Shown: piece after piece, positions 25,961 to 29,391 of the stretch
How the letters are laid out: every line of letters starts with the position of its first letter
How positions within the stretch are numbered: the stretch's first letter is position 1
DNA from: Candidatus Bathyarchaeota archaeon
GTDB taxonomy: Archaea; Thermoproteota; Bathyarchaeia; TCS64
Length of the DNA stretch: 29,391 nt
Direction of reading: 5' to 3'
NCBI GenBank assembly: GCA_043826455.1
Contig: JBDRQD010000058.1
Location: 1-29,391, forward strand
Made by a program: the position numbers and the translations under genes
The notes under the pieces: model-generated
What the model saw: the letters and a program-made list of their open reading frames with translations, nothing else
Told to the model about the DNA's origin: nothing
Databases searched by the model: none

Positions 25961-27132
25961 CCGAGTTCCTCGGATACCAGAGGCCCGACGGCTCAGTGGG
26001 TGTACGGAACCACCTTCTGGTAATAGCGCCCATTGATTGCAGCTACGAGCCCGCTAAGAAGATCGCGGACCAGGTGCCTGGCGCCGTGGCCATCACCCAG
26101 ACCCACGGCTGCGGGGCCGACGCTATGCTGATCCACAACCTGGTGGGCACAGCGCTAAACCCCAACGTGGCGGGCGTCCTCATCGTCGGCCTAGGCTGCG
26201 AGACCCTCACCGGGGAGATGCTCATGGAGCAGATAGAGCCAAGTGGTAAACCTGTACACAACATCACCATACAGGAGCTCGGCGGCACCCTTAAGACCCA
26301 TGAGAGGGGCGTCAGGCTCCTCCAGGAGATGGCGCAGAACGCGGCGAAGCTGAGGCGTGAGCCCTTCCCCCTGAGCAAGTTGACCCTGGCCGTGGAGTGC
26401 GGGGGCAGCGACGCCACCAGCGGACTGGCCGCCAACCCGGCCGTCGGCGTGGCGGCCGATCTACTCATCGAGGAAGGAGGCAGCGTCATCTTCGGGGAGA
26501 CCCAGGAGATGAGCGGCACCCAGCACCTGCTGGCGCGCCGGGCCGTCAACGACCGGGTGGCCAAGGACGTCTACACCATCATTGAGGCCCAGGAGCACAG
26601 GCTAAAAGCCATGGGGGTAGACAGCCGCTGGATGAGCAAGGGCAACATAGACGGCGGCCTCACCACCATAGAGGAGAAGAGCCTGGGAGCCGTGCGCAAG
26701 GGGGGCACCAAACCCATCCAGGGGGTACTCTTCAATGACTGGGACAGGTTCGACAAGCCTTCCAAGCCTGGCCTGTACATCATGGACGGTACGGGCTGGG
26801 ACGTGCCCAGCGTCACCCACATGGTGGCCGCCGGGGCCCAGGTTGTGTGCTTCACCAGCGGCGCGGGCAGCACCACGGGCCACGCCATCGCTCCAGTCAT
26901 CAAGGTGACTGGGAATCCCCAGACCTATGTTAGGATGACTGACAACATGGACGTCAACGCCGGTACAATCCTGGACGGCTCGGAGAGCCTCAACAGCGTC
27001 GGCCGGAGAATCTTCCAGATGATGGTGGACACCGCAAACGGCAGGCTTACGAAGGCCGAGGCCCTGGGCTACCACGACTACATAGTGTTCAAGAGGAGCA
27101 GAGAAGCCGAGCACCTCCTCGGCCACTGCTGA
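25957..27132 (+). CDS. UxaA/GarD/SuyB-family dehydratase large subunit
   Basis: GY.RPDGSVGVRNH, HGC, GLGCE, ECGGSDATSGLAANPAVG, GNIDGGLTTIEEKSLGA..KGG, APVIKVTGN, MDVNAG. Confidence 0.93.
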   Translation: MTEFLGYQRPDGSVGVRNHLLVIAPIDCSYEPAKKIADQVPGAVAITQTHGCGADAMLIHNLVGTALNPNVAGVLIVGLGCETLTGEMLMEQIEPSGKPVHNITIQELGGTLKTHERGVRLLQEMAQNAAKLRREPFPLSKLTLAVECGGSDATSGLAANPAVGVAADLLIEEGGSVIFGETQEMSGTQHLLARRAVNDRVAKDVYTIIEAQEHRLKAMGVDSRWMSKGNIDGGLTTIEEKSLGAVRKGGTKPIQGVLFNDWDRFDKPSKPGLYIMDGTGWDVPSVTHMVAAGAQVVCFTSGAGSTTGHAIAPVIKVTGNPQTYVRMTDNMDVNAGTILDGSESLNSVGRRIFQMMVDTANGRLTKAEALGYHDYIVFKRSREAEHLLGHC

Positions 27133-27300
27133 TCCATACTAACACTGCATGAAGCCATGTTTAAGCAGACATCCATTTTCATTCCAATGAGTTAGATTAG
27201 ACACTGACTGTGTTATCATATGAGAACAACATATCGAAGAGCAGGCTCATCGAGAAGTATCTATGACATAACTAAGGTCTTCAGAGAGCTGAGGTAGGTA

Positions 27301-27453
27301 TTGACGCCTTGTAATATATGCGGAAAAGAGCTTGAATATGGCGATGTGAAGGTGATCACCCCTGGATACGGCGTCATCTGCATGGGCTGCTGGATAGAGA
27401 AACAGGGCGAAATAGTGGAAGAATCGCCTGTAACGGATATTGGTAAAGAGTAG
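27301..27453 (+). CDS. Small putative Zn-finger protein, 50 aa (MTPCNICGKELEYGDVKVITPGYGVICMGCWIEKQGEIVEESPVTDIGKE)
   Basis: Translated by hand. TTG start after a GAGGT SD-like site, CxxC-x19-CxxC, TAG at 27451-27453. Confidence 0.7.
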   Translation: MTPCNICGKELEYGDVKVITPGYGVICMGCWIEKQGEIVEESPVTDIGKE

Positions 27454-27459
27454 TGTCTC

Positions 27460-27933
27460 TTACATCTCCTTGAGTACTACGTCGTCGTACTCCTTCTCCA
27501 GCAGGTATTTGTGGCGCAGCTCCTCCTTGGCGAAGTTGTTGAGGAACTCGCTCAGCTCCGTCCCCTTGAACCTGCGGGCCACCTCCACGTAGAAGTCGTG
27601 GGTTGCCTTCTCCCGCTGGGCCGCGAAGACCAGGATGGCGGGGTAGTCGGCCATGGGGTCCAGGGGCACCTTTACCAGCTGGTCCGTGATCTTCAGGTCG
27701 GGGATGCTCTCCTTGATGGTCCTCATCTTCAGGTGTTTGGGGTCCTTGAGCCCTTTGAGGAAGTACTCCCGGTGCCGCTTCTCGTCTGCGGCCAGCTCGG
27801 AGAGCATCTTCTTAGCCCCCGGGTATGTGGACTTCGCGGCAGTCTCGGTGTAGAGGGTGTAGCTCTCCAGCTCCATCTCGGCTCCGATATGGAGCACCTT
27901 CTCGATGGTCCAGTCCTTGATCTCCATAAGCAT
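27460..27933 (-). CDS. Ferritin-like / rubrerythrin-family di-iron protein
   Basis: Duplicated E...ExxH (ELESY..DEKRH; REKA..EELRH). No rubredoxin domain. Confidence 0.9.
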   Translation of the reverse strand: MLMEIKDWTIEKVLHIGAEMELESYTLYTETAAKSTYPGAKKMLSELAADEKRHREYFLKGLKDPKHLKMRTIKESIPDLKITDQLVKVPLDPMADYPAILVFAAQREKATHDFYVEVARRFKGTELSEFLNNFAKEELRHKYLLEKEYDDVVLKEM

Positions 27934-28010
27934 CAAGGTACGTCACAGATCGGCGAGATATAAGATTTAACCGGTAAAGCGTATAAGCCACCGCGGCTGT
28001 GAAAATCTGT

Positions 28011-28856
28011 ATGAAGCCCACGGGCACTGTCAATGTGGAGATCATCGCCACCGGCGACGAACTCATGTACGGCAGAATAATGGACACCAACAGCCACTGG
28101 ATAGCCCAGCGCGTCGCCGAGCTGGGCGCCAAGCTGCGGCGCGTCACCATGATCGGCGACGAGCCCGAGACCATAGCCGCGGCCCTCCACGACGCCCTGA
28201 AACGGGACGCCCACTTCATCATCTTCACAGGCGGCCTGGGCCCCAGCGAGGACGACCTCACCGTGGACAGCATAGGGGCAGCCTTGGGGAGGGGGACCGT
28301 CATAGATGCCGCGGGCGCCCAGAAGATCAGGGAGGTCTACGTCAGGAGGGGCATAACCGACGAGGCCGCCTTCAAGCGGGGCGAGCGCATGGCCAGGGTG
28401 CTGGAGAACAGTGAGCCCCTGCAGAACCCCGTGGGCTTCGCCGTGGGCATGTGCGTCGAGGAAGCCGGAAAACGGATTTGCACCTTCCCGGGGGTCCCCG
28501 CCGAGATGAAGGGAATGTTCGACGCCCACCTGGCCCCCATGATCCAGAGCAGAGCCTCCAGCGTTTTCCTGGCCCGGGCCTACAACGTCACCATGGTGTG
28601 GAAGGACTTCTTCCCCCTCTACACCCAGATGCAGAAGGACTACCCGGATGTATACATAAAGAACGCCGCCACGCCCCCAGTGGAGGGGGAGGACCGCAAC
28701 AAGCCCCACACCATCAAGGTGGACCTGGTGCTGGAAGGTAAGACCCATGAGGAGGCGGAGTCCAAGATGGACGCCCTGATAGACGACTACCTCAAGCGTA
28801 TTGAGGTGGCGGGTGGCGGAAGAATGGCTCCCATAACCGGCGGCGGACAGGCATAA
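28011..28856 (+). CDS. CinA N-terminal-like molybdopterin-binding domain protein
   Basis: GDEL..G.I.DTN, GDE...I, TGGLGP..DDLT, NPVG.A.G, PGVP.EMK. Confidence 0.88.
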   Translation: MKPTGTVNVEIIATGDELMYGRIMDTNSHWIAQRVAELGAKLRRVTMIGDEPETIAAALHDALKRDAHFIIFTGGLGPSEDDLTVDSIGAALGRGTVIDAAGAQKIREVYVRRGITDEAAFKRGERMARVLENSEPLQNPVGFAVGMCVEEAGKRICTFPGVPAEMKGMFDAHLAPMIQSRASSVFLARAYNVTMVWKDFFPLYTQMQKDYPDVYIKNAATPPVEGEDRNKPHTIKVDLVLEGKTHEEAESKMDALIDDYLKRIEVAGGGRMAPITGGGQA

Positions 28857-28889
28857 CAGAAGATTTTACCCGGAAAGGTACAGCCGCAG

Positions 28890-29391
28890 TCACTCTTTAT
28901 TGACGGGTAGACCCAGATCAGGGAACTCCTTCTCGCCCCTGTAGTAGGCCGTTAGCGCCCCGGGGAGCTCAGCCAAGCTGACGCTCACCTGCTGCCACGT
29001 ATCCCTGTCCCTGATGGTTAGGACGCCTTTATCCCGGGTGTCATAGTCCACGGCCACCGCCAGGGGGACGCCAATCTCATCGGCCCGGGCGTACCTGCGG
29101 CCTATGCTTCCGGCCTCGTCGTAGACCACCCAGAAGCCCTTCGAGAGCAGTATTTCCCTTACCTGCTGGGCCTTCTCGGGCAGCCCGTCCTTGGTCACCA
29201 AGGGAAACACGGCAACCTGGTAGGGCGCCAGACACCTGTCCAGGTGGAAGATGTTACGCTTCTCCTTCTCCTTCCTCTCGTAGCTGGCCTCCAGCGCCAC
29301 GTACATCAGCCTATCCAGGCCGTAGCTGGGCTCCACCACGTGAGGCACGAACCGCGTGCCGTCCTCCCGGAGCACGGTCATGTCCAGGCCG
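28890..29391 (-). CDS. glyS: Glycyl-tRNA synthetase (archaeal/eukaryotic type), C-terminal part; gene runs off the window end
   Basis: PHVVEPSYGLDR (motif 3) and anticodon domain APYQVAVFPL...GSIGRRYARADEIGVP...TIRDRDT. Confidence 0.93.
   Translation of the reverse strand, partial: GLDMTVLREDGTRFVPHVVEPSYGLDRLMYVALEASYERKEKEKRNIFHLDRCLAPYQVAVFPLVTKDGLPEKAQQVREILLSKGFWVVYDEAGSIGRRYARADEIGVPLAVAVDYDTRDKGVLTIRDRDTWQQVSVSLAELPGALTAYYRGEKEFPDLGLPVNKE

Noticed and set aside
1..29391. tRNA/rRNA genes, CRISPR arrays, transposases, integrases or defence systems
   Set aside because: Manual reading found no cloverleaf or T-loop signatures, regularly spaced repeats, or recognisable mobile/defence proteins.

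Overview
A 29.4-kb GC-rich, gene-dense archaeal chromosomal segment. The archaeal/eukaryote-type GlyRS, HTH_45-type wHTH, Pab87-like peptidase, Fae domain, AGG-rich codon usage and TATA-like boxes just upstream of starts fit a Bathyarchaeia-like archaeon (inference). It holds about 37 CDSs, mostly catabolic hydrolases and housekeeping genes. I found no tRNA, rRNA, CRISPR array or mobile element. The standout is a divergent cluster at 22.3-27.1 kb. A DapA/NAL-family pyruvate aldolase fused to a complete formaldehyde-activating enzyme (Fae) domain and a cupin face an operon encoding a LarA-family (nickel-pincer) epimerase and a split UxaA-family dehydratase. Together these suggest a possibly undescribed tetronate -> 4-hydroxy-2-oxobutanoate -> pyruvate + formaldehyde (captured as methylene-H4MPT) pathway. 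Other notable items are an apparently permuted MscL, a tandem M14 deacylase pair in which one copy has lost its Zn ligands, a long bactofilin-like beta-helix protein, four micro-proteins missed by the ORF track (two with CxxC..CxxC), and a multi-hairpin intergenic element at 9.6-9.7 kb.
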